Source: an uncultured archaeon (GTDB lineage Archaea; Asgardarchaeota; Thorarchaeia; Thorarchaeales; Thorarchaeaceae). From it: a stretch of 32,000 bases of DNA. Below, one piece after another: positions 1 through 9,405 of the stretch. The translations under genes were made by a program, and so were the position numbers. The number at the start of each line of letters is the position of its first letter. Positions within the stretch are counted from its first letter, which is position 1. The stretch spans positions 50,147 to 82,146 of the forward strand of contig CAZYLT010000013.1 in the NCBI GenBank assembly GCA_964648855.1, in the 5' to 3' direction. The notes beneath the pieces are model-generated. The model did no database searches. It was not told the origin of the DNA and saw only the letters and a list, made by a program, of their open reading frames with translations.

Positions 1-1
1 G

Positions 2-235
2 TACGTTAAGGAATCAGTGAGTGAGATCGATCACTTTCCTGGAATTCGGGTTCAACATACTCCAATGAGCTCAATCATTGAGGCAGACAGTGTCGACCAG
101 GTTCTTGAGGTTACAAAGGCAGCTCATGAACGCATGTTTCAAGCAGGCGCTAAGAGAGTTTCAACTCTGCTAAGAATAGATGATAGAAGAGACAAAGCAC
201 GAGTCATGGAGGACAAGGTAGATACGATTTCGTAG
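2..235 (+). CDS. MTH1187/YkoF-family thiamine-binding protein (5' truncated by window edge)
   Basis: TPMSSIIEA and RVSTLLRIDDRRDK...KV motifs typical of the family; frame is open back to the window start. Confidence 0.85.
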   Translation, partial: YVKESVSEIDHFPGIRVQHTPMSSIIEADSVDQVLEVTKAAHERMFQAGAKRVSTLLRIDDRRDKARVMEDKVDTIS

Positions 236-294
236 TGATTTATCAATCATCAATGAATGACATGAACTCTGTTTCCCGGTGAAATTGCGTCAGT

Positions 295-1260
295 TCAATC
301 AGTATAATTGGCCATGAGTTCTTTCAGTTTCTCTAATGAGAGATTGCCCCCGGAGCAGATAATACCTACCGTGTCTTTTTTCAAACGATTCCGGATTCTG
401 TAGGCCCCTGCAAGGGCTGCGGCTCCAGCACCCTCTGCCAAAGTATGAGCTTTCTTTATCATCCATACCACGGCTTGCATGATATCGTCATCACTCACCA
501 ATACGAAGTCATCTAGGTATTTTTTCAGAATTCTCTGTGGCAATTCAAAGGCCGTACCAGTCGAGAGACCTTCAATAATCGTCTTATTGGGTCTTTGAAC
601 GAGTTTCTTTTGTTTCCAAGAGTGGTAAGCCGCAGGTGATGATTCAGATTGCACCCCGATGACTTTGATATTGGGATTAATTGCCTTGGCAACAATGCAG
701 CATCCAGCAGCTCCACTACCTCCGCCGATAGGAACTATAATCTTGCTTATTTGGGGGCATTCCTCAAGCATTTCCAATGCCTCTGTTCCAACCCCCGCTA
801 TCAAATGTGGCTCATTACCTGAGTGAATGTAGCGATATCCATGTTTCTCTGCTAGGTGCTCGCAGTGTCTTTTTGCCTCATCATAAGTACGGCCGTGAAA
901 CACAACTTCTGCGCCCATGAGTTTCATAGATTCAATTTTTTCTGGGTTTGAATCCTCTGGCACTACAACTATGGCTTCAAGACCAAATATCTTAGAGGCG
1001 TAAGATATCGATTGACCATGGTTGCCGGTCGATGCTACTATAACGCCCTTGTCTCGTTCATCATCTGAAAGCTGCGAGATTAGATTAACCCCACCGCGTA
1101 CTTTGAACGCTCCAACCGGTTGACAATTTTCGTGTTTGACCAAAGCAGTTGTTCCCAATAGTTGATTGATTGCCGGGTACGAAATCAGAGGAGTAGGCCT
1201 TAGATGTGGGCGAATACGTTCTTGTGCAGATAGTACATCATGTAGCGTTGGAATATACAA
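295..1260 (-). CDS. PLP-dependent serine/threonine dehydratase family protein without ACT domain
   Basis: KHENCQPVGAFKVRGG (PLP lysine), STGNHG, PIGGGSG and CSGGN motifs. Confidence 0.92.
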   Translation of the reverse strand: MYIPTLHDVLSAQERIRPHLRPTPLISYPAINQLLGTTALVKHENCQPVGAFKVRGGVNLISQLSDDERDKGVIVASTGNHGQSISYASKIFGLEAIVVVPEDSNPEKIESMKLMGAEVVFHGRTYDEAKRHCEHLAEKHGYRYIHSGNEPHLIAGVGTEALEMLEECPQISKIIVPIGGGSGAAGCCIVAKAINPNIKVIGVQSESSPAAYHSWKQKKLVQRPNKTIIEGLSTGTAFELPQRILKKYLDDFVLVSDDDIMQAVVWMIKKAHTLAEGAGAAALAGAYRIRNRLKKDTVGIICSGGNLSLEKLKELMANYTD

Positions 1261-1433
1261 TATTTCTCACTCCGAGTAGTATATGCATCTGGGTACATGT
1301 TGAGTTGCATGGGAATGGGTATTTCTGTTTTCTGGAAAGCGTGCAAGGTCACTTGTCATTTCCCGTTCGGCAAAGTCTAAATCCCCTCAATCTTTGCGTG
1401 CACCATAGGATTTGCAGAGAGTGGGTATTTCCA

Positions 1434-2252
1434 GTGAATGCGCGGGAACCAAATGACATTGAGAAATTCCAGCAGGAGATACTGGAATGGTGGGGGGAAA
1501 ATGCCCGCGAGCTTCCGTGGAGAGAAGACCCCACACAGTATCACGTTCTAGTATCTGAGATCATGCTACAGCAGACACAGGTAAGCCGTGTTGTTCCCAA
1601 ATACCTTGAGTTCATCGAACAGTTTCCAACCATCGAGGCACTTGCAAATGCTGAAACTGCACACCTTCTCCGGGTATGGAGTGGCCTAGGCTATAACCGT
1701 CGTGCTCTATGGCTAAGAGAGGCTGCAAAGGGGATTGTTGAGAGAGGAGAGTTCCCAGAAAGAGAGGAGGAACTCAGAATGTTGAAGGGTATTGGACCCT
1801 ATACGTCGCGCTCAATACTGATCTTTGCTTTCAATAGAGATTTGGCTACCGTTGACACAAACATTAGACGGGTCCTGATAGCTTCGGGCTTTGCTAGTGA
1901 GGATATGACTGAAACTCAAATTCAAGAGATTGCAGAACGAACGCTACCAGAAGGAAAGTCAAGTGATTGGCATAATGCGCTGATGGACTATGGTTCCATG
2001 GTACTTACATCAGATTCTACTGGAATTACTCCACGATATAGTCAATCTAGATACTCTGGTTCATCAAGAGAGATTCGTGGTTTAGTGATTCAACTCATGA
2101 TAGAACACGATGAAATGACATTAAGTCATCTTTCATCCGAAGTCGGAAAAAGGAACCTAGATACTGGGGAACTATCGGAGATAGTTGAACAACTTGTAAA
2201 CGAAGGCTTTCTTACATGTTCCAACTCCGGCATACTTTCGATTGCAGATTAG
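1434..2252 (+). CDS. mutY: MutY-like HhH-GPD DNA glycosylase without Fe-S cluster, with C-terminal winged-helix-like domain
   Basis: RELPWRE, SEIMLQQTQV, WSGLGYNRRA, LKGIGPYT and VDTNIRRV motifs. Start moved to GTG 1434 because the track start (1206) overlaps the divergent dehydratase. Confidence 0.85.
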   Translation: MNAREPNDIEKFQQEILEWWGENARELPWREDPTQYHVLVSEIMLQQTQVSRVVPKYLEFIEQFPTIEALANAETAHLLRVWSGLGYNRRALWLREAAKGIVERGEFPEREEELRMLKGIGPYTSRSILIFAFNRDLATVDTNIRRVLIASGFASEDMTETQIQEIAERTLPEGKSSDWHNALMDYGSMVLTSDSTGITPRYSQSRYSGSSREIRGLVIQLMIEHDEMTLSHLSSEVGKRNLDTGELSEIVEQLVNEGFLTCSNSGILSIAD

Positions 2253-2360
2253 ATTAGACCATATTGTGACTTCTGTCCTTCGAGTGATACCAGAGCGGGA
2301 AAAATCAATTCCAAATCTGCATCAATCCCAAAGATATTAGGAGAATCAGAGAATACACTA

Positions 2361-2381
2361 TTGGATTCAGAAGGAATCCAA
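2361..2381. promoter_or_regulatory. 8-bp perfect inverted repeat TTGGATTC-N5-GAATCCAA
   Basis: Seen directly, about 25 nt upstream of ORF 2407; function unknown. Confidence 0.35.
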
Positions 2382-2406
2382 AGAATAGAATGGGAAAGGA
2401 AAACTC

Positions 2407-2613
2407 GTGTTTGAAGACCATAAAACGACCGATTTTGCTGTCTTTTGGGTTGGTGGCATCATACTAATGTCGATTGGCGTGCCGGGAATCCTACTTGGCA
2501 TTATCTGGCATTATTTGATTTTCGGGCTGGGTCTCATATTCCTTCTACTTGGTCTCATCGGACAGAGAAGAGCAGTTGATGAGGATACAGCAGATGCCCC
2601 TAAACCAGCGTGA
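2407..2613 (+). CDS. small two-TM membrane protein
   Basis: Two hydrophobic Gly-rich helices and a charged tail. Confidence 0.7.
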   Translation: MFEDHKTTDFAVFWVGGIILMSIGVPGILLGIIWHYLIFGLGLIFLLLGLIGQRRAVDEDTADAPKPA

Positions 2614-2641
2614 TGAGGGAAGTGCCCCTTATGTTGTAGCG

Positions 2642-3253
2642 CTATTTTTTCCGTTTTACTACAAAGACGGCTAAAGAGATTACCAGTAGAATTCCAAAGA
2701 ATACAGCCATGATTGGATTGGAAAGAGTGGTACCTATCAGTATCCCATGCACATATGCGAAGATTAGCGCCAGATAAACTAGCCCATGAAAATATCTCCA
2801 AGTATTTCGAATACGCCCACGTGCAAACGCCGCAAGAACTGCAATATAAATCACATACAGTGCTTGGCGACCCGCAAGTGACCAGAATGCATACCAAGAT
2901 GAGAAGTCAGGAATGAAGACTGTTAGACTCGCGACATATATAGCGAAGGTCACGGGATGTGCTGTGGCTAAGATCAATCCCAAGGCTGCGAAAACATGAT
3001 GAACAGTCATAAAAGGCCGGTTGAAATGAGTTCTGATTTCACGAAGATACATCGAGAGAATCGACGCGATGACCAGAGATACAAACCCTGACAAAGCAGA
3101 AATTCTAATGACCAATTGGAAGAGATTGTCATACGCCGTGAAAAAGGGACCTATCACCGCAACCGCATAGGTACCGATAATTGCGAGAATGCCCAATAGT
3201 CCCAATTGTGAGAAACCACCGAAGTAGCGTTTTGTATCCTGAGAAGTAGTCAT
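2642..3253 (-). CDS. ferric reductase-like transmembrane (heme b) domain protein
   Basis: About 6 TM helices with His pairs (VHH...AHP; WRYFH...YVHG); no FAD/NAD domain. Confidence 0.8.
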   Translation of the reverse strand: MTTSQDTKRYFGGFSQLGLLGILAIIGTYAVAVIGPFFTAYDNLFQLVIRISALSGFVSLVIASILSMYLREIRTHFNRPFMTVHHVFAALGLILATAHPVTFAIYVASLTVFIPDFSSWYAFWSLAGRQALYVIYIAVLAAFARGRIRNTWRYFHGLVYLALIFAYVHGILIGTTLSNPIMAVFFGILLVISLAVFVVKRKK

Positions 3254-3561
3254 GCCTTTACCGTCCTGTATAGATTCTTTTCTTCCTGAAGTACTCGGGT
3301 ATATTTCAATCGTTTGGTATCGAAACTCACGAATAGTCTAACAGAATGCCCGGAAGTCCAAGAAAAATGAAGATAATGAATGCCCTGTTCACCTTGTCTA
3401 TTTTCTGTGCGCAGACTTTTTTGTTTTGCCTTTTCCTTTAGAAATTGCAGGATATTGATTATCGACCATCAGATTCACGTTAACATTCTACTGAATCACA
3501 CATGTTTCACAAGACCAGAGAGCTTTTCTTGGTGACAACAATCACTTTGGTGGGATGGCAA

Positions 3562-4662
3562 TTGAGTAAAACACTGATAGCCCATGAAGTACTGCGTGAT
3601 TTTGTTATTGCCGTAATAAGCAAACTTGGGGCGCCAGAAGATGTCTCACTATATGTTGCTGATAATTTAGTAACAGCCAATCTTCGGGGGATAGACTCGC
3701 ATGGCGTGGGACGCTTGAAGAGATATGTAACTGGCATTCGAGACGGGTATATAGTCCCAGACGCCAAAGTCGATACAGTCATGGAGAACGCCGTTTTGGC
3801 AAATGTGAATGGCAATCATGCTTTAGGTCAAGCTGTCGGAGTACATGGCATGAACCTAGCCATCCAGAAAGCATCATCAGAAGGCATTGGAGTGGTAACC
3901 GCATTCAATTCTAATCACTATGGGTTTGCGGGCTATTATGCAATGATGGCTCTTGACCAGGACCTGATAGGGATTTCAATGACGAATTCAGAACCTCTGG
4001 TTGTGCCGACATTCGGTAGGAATGCCAAACTGGGCACGAATCCAATAGCAATCGCTGTACCGACATCTGAAAACAAACCATGGGTGATGGACCAAGCTAC
4101 GAGTGTCGTACCAAGTGGCAAACTCCAAGTCTACGAGCGAGCTGGAGAGAAGATGCCTGAGGGATGGGCAACTGACGAAACGGGTCACAGCACAACCAAT
4201 CCTGCACGAGTATTAAAGAACCTCTATGGAGGTACTGGAGAGGGAGGAATTTTTCCGCTCGGTGGCGAAGGCGAGGTTCATGGAGGTCACAAGGGCTATG
4301 GATTTGCAGTAATGGTAGATATTCTATGTGGAGTACTCTCGGGAGCGAACTATGCCGATGATGTGGTTTGGTCCACTGATGATGGAATAAAGCATCCCAG
4401 TGTTGGGCACTTCTTCATGGCGCTTGACCCTTCCTTCTTCGGTGATTTGGAAGGCTTCAAAGACAAAATGGATGACATGATAAATCGCCTTCACCTGTCA
4501 GAAAAAGCTGAGGGAGAAACAAGGATATTCGTGCATGGGGAAAAGGAGTTCGAAGAACGAGAACGAAGAGAGGAGAAGGGAATTCCTCTAGATGAAAAAA
4601 CTGTTGAGAGTTTGAAGGGATTTTCCGAAGAATTCAATATTGAACTTGAATTCGTGAACTAG
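3562..4662 (+). CDS. LDH2/malate-lactate dehydrogenase family oxidoreductase (ComC/AllD-like)
   Basis: RGIDSHG, NSNHYG, GTNPIA and GHKGYG motifs; likely TTG start at 3562 (track start 3502). Confidence 0.92.
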   Translation: MSKTLIAHEVLRDFVIAVISKLGAPEDVSLYVADNLVTANLRGIDSHGVGRLKRYVTGIRDGYIVPDAKVDTVMENAVLANVNGNHALGQAVGVHGMNLAIQKASSEGIGVVTAFNSNHYGFAGYYAMMALDQDLIGISMTNSEPLVVPTFGRNAKLGTNPIAIAVPTSENKPWVMDQATSVVPSGKLQVYERAGEKMPEGWATDETGHSTTNPARVLKNLYGGTGEGGIFPLGGEGEVHGGHKGYGFAVMVDILCGVLSGANYADDVVWSTDDGIKHPSVGHFFMALDPSFFGDLEGFKDKMDDMINRLHLSEKAEGETRIFVHGEKEFEERERREEKGIPLDEKTVESLKGFSEEFNIELEFVN

Positions 4663-4732
4663 GAAAATATGTGCTTCTAATGAATAGACTGTTTTCCGTT
4701 ACAATCTGAAAAGCAATGCTGAGGCGAAAGTC

Positions 4733-5560
4733 ATGAGCCAAGTTGCGTTGGTAAGAACAAAACAGAATCTTCGGGACTCACTCGAAGATGCCATAGAGCT
4801 GATTGGTGGATTTGGCGATATCAAGTCCCCAGTATTGATAAAACCAAATATATGCACAATCTCAGATGGTACCGGGCACTCTGTGACAGATCCAAATCTA
4901 GTGCAGCACCTAATTGAACTAATCCTATGTCGTGATGAGAGTCTATCAATCAAAATCGTTGAGTCCGACAGCCAAAGCAAGTACGCAGAGGAGGCATTCA
5001 AGAAGTTCGGGTATACAGATTTCGTAGACAAACTACAAGACGATGGTTCAGACGTAAAATTGGTAAATCTGAGTAAGTCACCGCTAAAGAGATTGGCTTT
5101 CGAGGGCGCCTATTTCGAAAATGCTGAGCTACCGATAGAGATTATTGATGAAAACTACTTCATATCAGTAGCAATCGCAAAGACGCATTATCTCACGAAA
5201 ATCACTGGATCGGTGAAGAACCTGTTCGGTCTTCTTCCCCAGAAGAATCAAGCATCATATCACTCAGACATCAACGATATCATATTAGATTTCAGCAAAA
5301 TAGTCAGACCCAAATTGTGTGTGATAGACGCCAGAGTAGGAGTTGAGGGATGGAACGGTCCAAAGACACACCAGATGGATTTGTTGATAGCAGGAAGGGA
5401 GCCTGCCTCGGTAGACTCAGTGATGGCACAAATCATGGGATTAATTCCTGAAGATGTGAATCATTTAGTGGCTGCTGCAGATCAAGGGATGGGAACACTA
5501 GAACCAGATATTATTGGAGAGGATTTAGAATCTTTATTTGGCTTATTCAATCCCAAATAA
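4733..5560 (+). CDS. DUF362 domain protein
   Basis: VLIKPN, KTH...TGSVKNLFG and D-P/A-VD motifs. Confidence 0.88.
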   Translation: MSQVALVRTKQNLRDSLEDAIELIGGFGDIKSPVLIKPNICTISDGTGHSVTDPNLVQHLIELILCRDESLSIKIVESDSQSKYAEEAFKKFGYTDFVDKLQDDGSDVKLVNLSKSPLKRLAFEGAYFENAELPIEIIDENYFISVAIAKTHYLTKITGSVKNLFGLLPQKNQASYHSDINDIILDFSKIVRPKLCVIDARVGVEGWNGPKTHQMDLLIAGREPASVDSVMAQIMGLIPEDVNHLVAAADQGMGTLEPDIIGEDLESLFGLFNPK

Positions 5561-5762
5561 TAGGCAACTAGGCTGACGAGATTGTTGCTGAATCTGAAGA
5601 CTTTGAACTGCTTCCGTTGTATTTGCAAAGCTCATGCCGATTCACACCCAACACTAGGATTGTAGAATAAGTTCTAGAATGGGCAAAGTATGCCACGAAG
5701 TATCGATTTCTTGACAAGGTTACAATGGTACAAAATCCTAAAGAATGATAGGACGAGTTATA

Positions 5763-5784
5763 GGAGGGGATCCGCCACCCCTCC
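5763..5784 (-). terminator. GC-rich hairpin downstream of the 20-aa microprotein
   Basis: GGAGGGG-N8-CCCCTCC perfect 7-bp stem. Confidence 0.5.
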
Positions 5785-5828
5785 CAGATTCTTGATTATC
5801 GCGAAGCACAGAAAAACCGAGATACTAG

Positions 5829-5891
5829 TTATTTCTTGGGCTTCTTCTCGTTCTTCTTCTGAGTCTTTGCTGGTTTCTTATCCTTTGCCAT
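5829..5891 (-). CDS. 20-aa lysine-rich microprotein MAKDKKPAKTQKKNEKKPKK (not in ORF track)
   Basis: ATG...TAA; SD GAGGTGA 5 nt upstream; upstream TATA-like TTTTTAAA (about 6015-6022); downstream hairpin. Confidence 0.7.
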   Translation of the reverse strand: MAKDKKPAKTQKKNEKKPKK

Positions 5892-6132
5892 CTTTTTCAC
5901 CTCGACGGACATTCAGAGGCCCTCCACTGTCAGCCAACCTATACCATCCTCACTGTTTGTAGATATTTCGAGCTCAGAAATTAGGACCTCGAGCCCTTAT
6001 TTTGGTAATATTAGTTTAAAAACATATCTAGTTAAAAATAAGGCACCTATATGGTTTCTATTGACATTTAAAGGTACTATATTCCCTTTTCATTTCTAGT
6101 TTCCTCAAAAATACAACTACGATTCGGATATA

Positions 6133-6158
6133 AAAAGAGTAGAGAGGGTTCCGCTCTC
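6133..6158 (-). terminator. hairpin plus U-tract after the DUF1059 gene
   Basis: GAGAG-N7-CTCTC followed on the minus strand by CTCTTTTT. Confidence 0.4.
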
Positions 6159-6194
6159 ACGGGAGCAGGACAAAAAGAGAAGTCGTGCCGTTGA

Positions 6195-6359
6195 CTATAC
6201 TTTCTTGATCATCTTCTTTCTTTTGTCTAGTTCGTCTTTCGACATCTTTTCTATGTCGTGAGCTCTTGCACCATGTGTCTTGATCTGTTCAACAGTGTCC
6301 GCCATGGTTTCGGCGGATATTACAGTATCGCACATCTGACACTTGAATTCATACGGCAT
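6195..6359 (-). CDS. DUF1059-family small metal-binding protein, 54 aa (not in ORF track)
   Basis: MPYEFKCQMCDTVISAETMADTVEQIKTHGARAHDIEKMSKDELDKRKKMIKKV; CxxC...HxxxxH pattern. Confidence 0.85.
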   Translation of the reverse strand: MPYEFKCQMCDTVISAETMADTVEQIKTHGARAHDIEKMSKDELDKRKKMIKKV

Positions 6360-6636
6360 TTGTATTCACAATAGTTATTCTATCAAGCAGTCTTGTAACT
6401 TCTAGGAAACGTAACAACAATCGAATACAATGAATCTAATTAAATGCAAAAGTTCTGCATTGTTGCTCAGGGGGAATCAAAACTCAAAAACAATAAACCA
6501 GAACATGTGTGGGCGCATACATGGAAAGAAGATGAGCGTTCGAATATTGGACGAATTTGTACAAATATGAAAACGATATGTACGCACACTACTTATTTCC
6601 CATGGAAATCACAGGTAGGGTAGGTGCCTGTCAACG

Positions 6637-8895
6637 ATGGTTAGTTTCAGGAAGACCGAGAGCAGAGTTATAATCGGTTTTCTAATTATAATTGGCTTCG
6701 CATATCTTTTCTTCATAAGTGATCCTCCGTGGAGGACACACGGTTCTGCTCTGGCATATCATTCTGTCCTAGGATTCTTATCTGTGGTGGCAGTTGCATC
6801 AGCTACAAACAGAGTCATAATGGACCCGTCGCCTTCGCATAGAGTGTTTTTTGCCGCCACAGGGTTTCTTGCTATTATTCATCTTGGAGCTTCTTTGCTT
6901 CATATGATGCCCATGACTGAAGTTGTTGCACATACAGAATCAAAAGGAGTCTTCGTGGACATTGTGGAGATGGCGCTCCTTGGTTCAATGCTTTCTTTAG
7001 CAGCTTATCTCAATAGTGAGCCATCGAAGGAAAGACCCCTTTGGAACAAAGACAGAACAACAGCCGCTATACTTGTAATTTCGTTGGCTACATATGGCGC
7101 GGCTATTTTTGTTTCCGAGATACCCGCTCTCTCGCCTTATTTGGTGGCGAGTGGATTCTTCATAGGATTTGCTACTTTGGGTGCATTTGTCCTTTCATGT
7201 TTCTTCGCTTTCAAGCGTCCTGTAGACATCTCTTCACATGACAGGAACCGACTGATTGGCTCCTATCTCTTATTCAGTCTTTCAACAGTCGTACTTCTAT
7301 CGGTCCTAAATTCGCCAAATAGCCTTTGGTTGTTCACAATAATCTTTCAGGCAGGTGCGCTGATTTTTATCCTCATCGCGGCAGGATACCCATTTCTACT
7401 GGATGTTGGACTTCAAGAGAATGTTGCTTATTCCTTCATAGTAGCGCTTACAGCCCTCGCGGTGGTACCTTTCATTCTTGCTCAGCTAGTGGGGTCTTGG
7501 CTTCCTATTGCGTCTTACGAGAATCAACCTCTAGGTATAATTACCCATGTTTCTGCGGGACTTCTGTCTGGGGTGTCGGGTTATATCCTCACACAGCGAC
7601 TGCAAGAGAAGACGCCTTGGTATGACGGCCCAGCAATATTCGCATTGTTCTCGTGGACTCTTGTAGAATCAATCATTGTTGGCATTCGATTGTTCCAGCC
7701 GAATGGTATTGCTATGGAATCAATGGTGCCGTATTTGTTTGGAGGGGGCATTACTTTCCTAGCACTGTCGATTGCCATTCACCGAACCCTTCAGCCACCT
7801 CACAAGGGTAAGCCCTATGGATACTCGTCTATTGGACGCATTTTATTGCTCATCATCGCGATTCTGATTATTCTGATTGAAAGCACTCTAATCATGAGCC
7901 CGACATTACACACACTGGGGCAAAATTCGCAAGTCATTTCAGCAATTCTATACATCATGAGTTATATTTCTGTGTTCGTAATCACTGTCTTTGTCATGCT
8001 ACGGACTGCACGGGCCGGTGGCGTATACTCCGTTGAGATTGTGGGCGTAGGTTCTCTCTCACTCTGGGCTATCTCCCAAATATTGCGAGTCAACTTCTCT
8101 ATATGGACTATCGGTTGGTGGGCTGCGGAGCTTTTACCATTCATAGTCTTTTTATTCCTCCCACCTCTTGTCGCCGGATTGTACGTCGAAAAGCATCATT
8201 TGGAAGAGCGTCTAGAAACTGCTTCGAAAATCTACACGAATCTCTTAGTGGACAAAATAGACCGCCACCACAGACAAGCATTGGATTCACTCAGTGGAAT
8301 ACTAAGTGATGTGAGGCTCAAAGGCAGAGAGATGGAGGAGGTTTCCAGAGCGATGACAGAGGTCTCTCGAGCAAATGATATAGTTGAGAGGTTTGACACG
8401 ATAGTCAAAGGAAGAATACCTGAGGTCGAGGAAACTGGAACCATTGATTTGCATGATGCAATGCAGGCAGCCTTTGAACAGATTTATCAAATCCACCCGC
8501 AGGTACCAAAACTGATGATGGAGGCTTGCACAAGGGAGTGCACAGTGCGGAGAGAGAAAATAGTTGTTGACCTATTCTACAATCTGCTGAAGGGGCTTCT
8601 GACAAGAATACATGCAACGTCCATTTCCGCGAGGGTGGAGAGATGCGAAGCTGATATGTGGTGCACTGAGATTCGGATTGGAACGGATTCTGATATTCAG
8701 GATTCTTTGAGAGATTTAATCAGTCGATATCTATTCCAGGTCAGAGAGAGCAATATTGAGTTTCTTCTGGTCAATGAATACATGCGACTGCTAGGAGGAG
8801 ATGTTGTTGTGGATGACACTGCAACGAAAGAAAGTCGTGATGCAATCATCATAACAGTAAGGCTTCAAGCTGCCAACTTGAGTGATGAGAACTAA
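6637..8895 (+). CDS. large polytopic membrane protein with degenerate histidine-kinase-like C-terminal domain
   Basis: About 15-16 TM helices, then helical and GHKL-like segments (IDLHDAM, LFYNLL, MRLLGGDVVV, ITVRL). Confidence 0.7.
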   Translation: MVSFRKTESRVIIGFLIIIGFAYLFFISDPPWRTHGSALAYHSVLGFLSVVAVASATNRVIMDPSPSHRVFFAATGFLAIIHLGASLLHMMPMTEVVAHTESKGVFVDIVEMALLGSMLSLAAYLNSEPSKERPLWNKDRTTAAILVISLATYGAAIFVSEIPALSPYLVASGFFIGFATLGAFVLSCFFAFKRPVDISSHDRNRLIGSYLLFSLSTVVLLSVLNSPNSLWLFTIIFQAGALIFILIAAGYPFLLDVGLQENVAYSFIVALTALAVVPFILAQLVGSWLPIASYENQPLGIITHVSAGLLSGVSGYILTQRLQEKTPWYDGPAIFALFSWTLVESIIVGIRLFQPNGIAMESMVPYLFGGGITFLALSIAIHRTLQPPHKGKPYGYSSIGRILLLIIAILIILIESTLIMSPTLHTLGQNSQVISAILYIMSYISVFVITVFVMLRTARAGGVYSVEIVGVGSLSLWAISQILRVNFSIWTIGWWAAELLPFIVFLFLPPLVAGLYVEKHHLEERLETASKIYTNLLVDKIDRHHRQALDSLSGILSDVRLKGREMEEVSRAMTEVSRANDIVERFDTIVKGRIPEVEETGTIDLHDAMQAAFEQIYQIHPQVPKLMMEACTRECTVRREKIVVDLFYNLLKGLLTRIHATSISARVERCEADMWCTEIRIGTDSDIQDSLRDLISRYLFQVRESNIEFLLVNEYMRLLGGDVVVDDTATKESRDAIIITVRLQAANLSDEN

Positions 8896-8957
8896 GATGC
8901 AACACCATTTGGAAGACATTATCAGTACTAAGCAGGAACAATTCCATGTAGATTACC

Positions 8958-9353
8958 ATGGATGAAACTGACAAGAAATGGAAGGCAAAACTCACAACAG
9001 AGCAATTCAAGGTACTAAGACAGTGTGGCACAGAGCCCCCTTTTAGCGGAAAATATGTTCATCATAATGAAGAAGGAACGTACATCTGTGCAGCCTGCGG
9101 AAATGAACTATTCTCTTCAGAAACAAAATTCAAGTCTGGCAGTGGCTGGCCTAGCTTCTGGGATAAGGTCGATAAGAACGCAGTTGAAACAAGAACTGAT
9201 ACGAGCCATGGAATGAGAAGGACAGAGGTTGTCTGTGCAAATTGCGGCGGTCACCTAGGACACATCTTCCAAGATGGGCCTCAGCCGACCGGGCTAAGAT
9301 ACTGCATAAATTCAGTCGCATTAGATTTCAAGAAGGAAGATACTGAGGAATAA
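8958..9353 (+). CDS. msrB: peptide-methionine (R)-S-oxide reductase
   Basis: GTEPPF, CAAC/CANC Zn sites, SGWPSF, GHLGHIF.DGP and RYCINS motifs. Confidence 0.97.
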   Translation: MDETDKKWKAKLTTEQFKVLRQCGTEPPFSGKYVHHNEEGTYICAACGNELFSSETKFKSGSGWPSFWDKVDKNAVETRTDTSHGMRRTEVVCANCGGHLGHIFQDGPQPTGLRYCINSVALDFKKEDTEE

Positions 9354-9405
9354 TGTCCCAACGTCCTATAGCATTTGGAGCATAGTCAGATCTGATGTGA
9401 AAGCA

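Noticed and set aside
1206-1433. N-terminal 76 aa of the MutY-like track ORF
   Set aside because: Overlaps the divergent dehydratase start and shows no family similarity; probably not translated
5763-5784. Hairpin considered as a SECIS element
   Set aside because: No AUGA/GA quartet and no credible in-frame Sec TGA nearby; MsrB has Cys at its active site
5690-5962. 90-aa plus-strand ORF
   Set aside because: Ser/Pro-rich shadow of the minus-strand microprotein unit, which has much better expression signals
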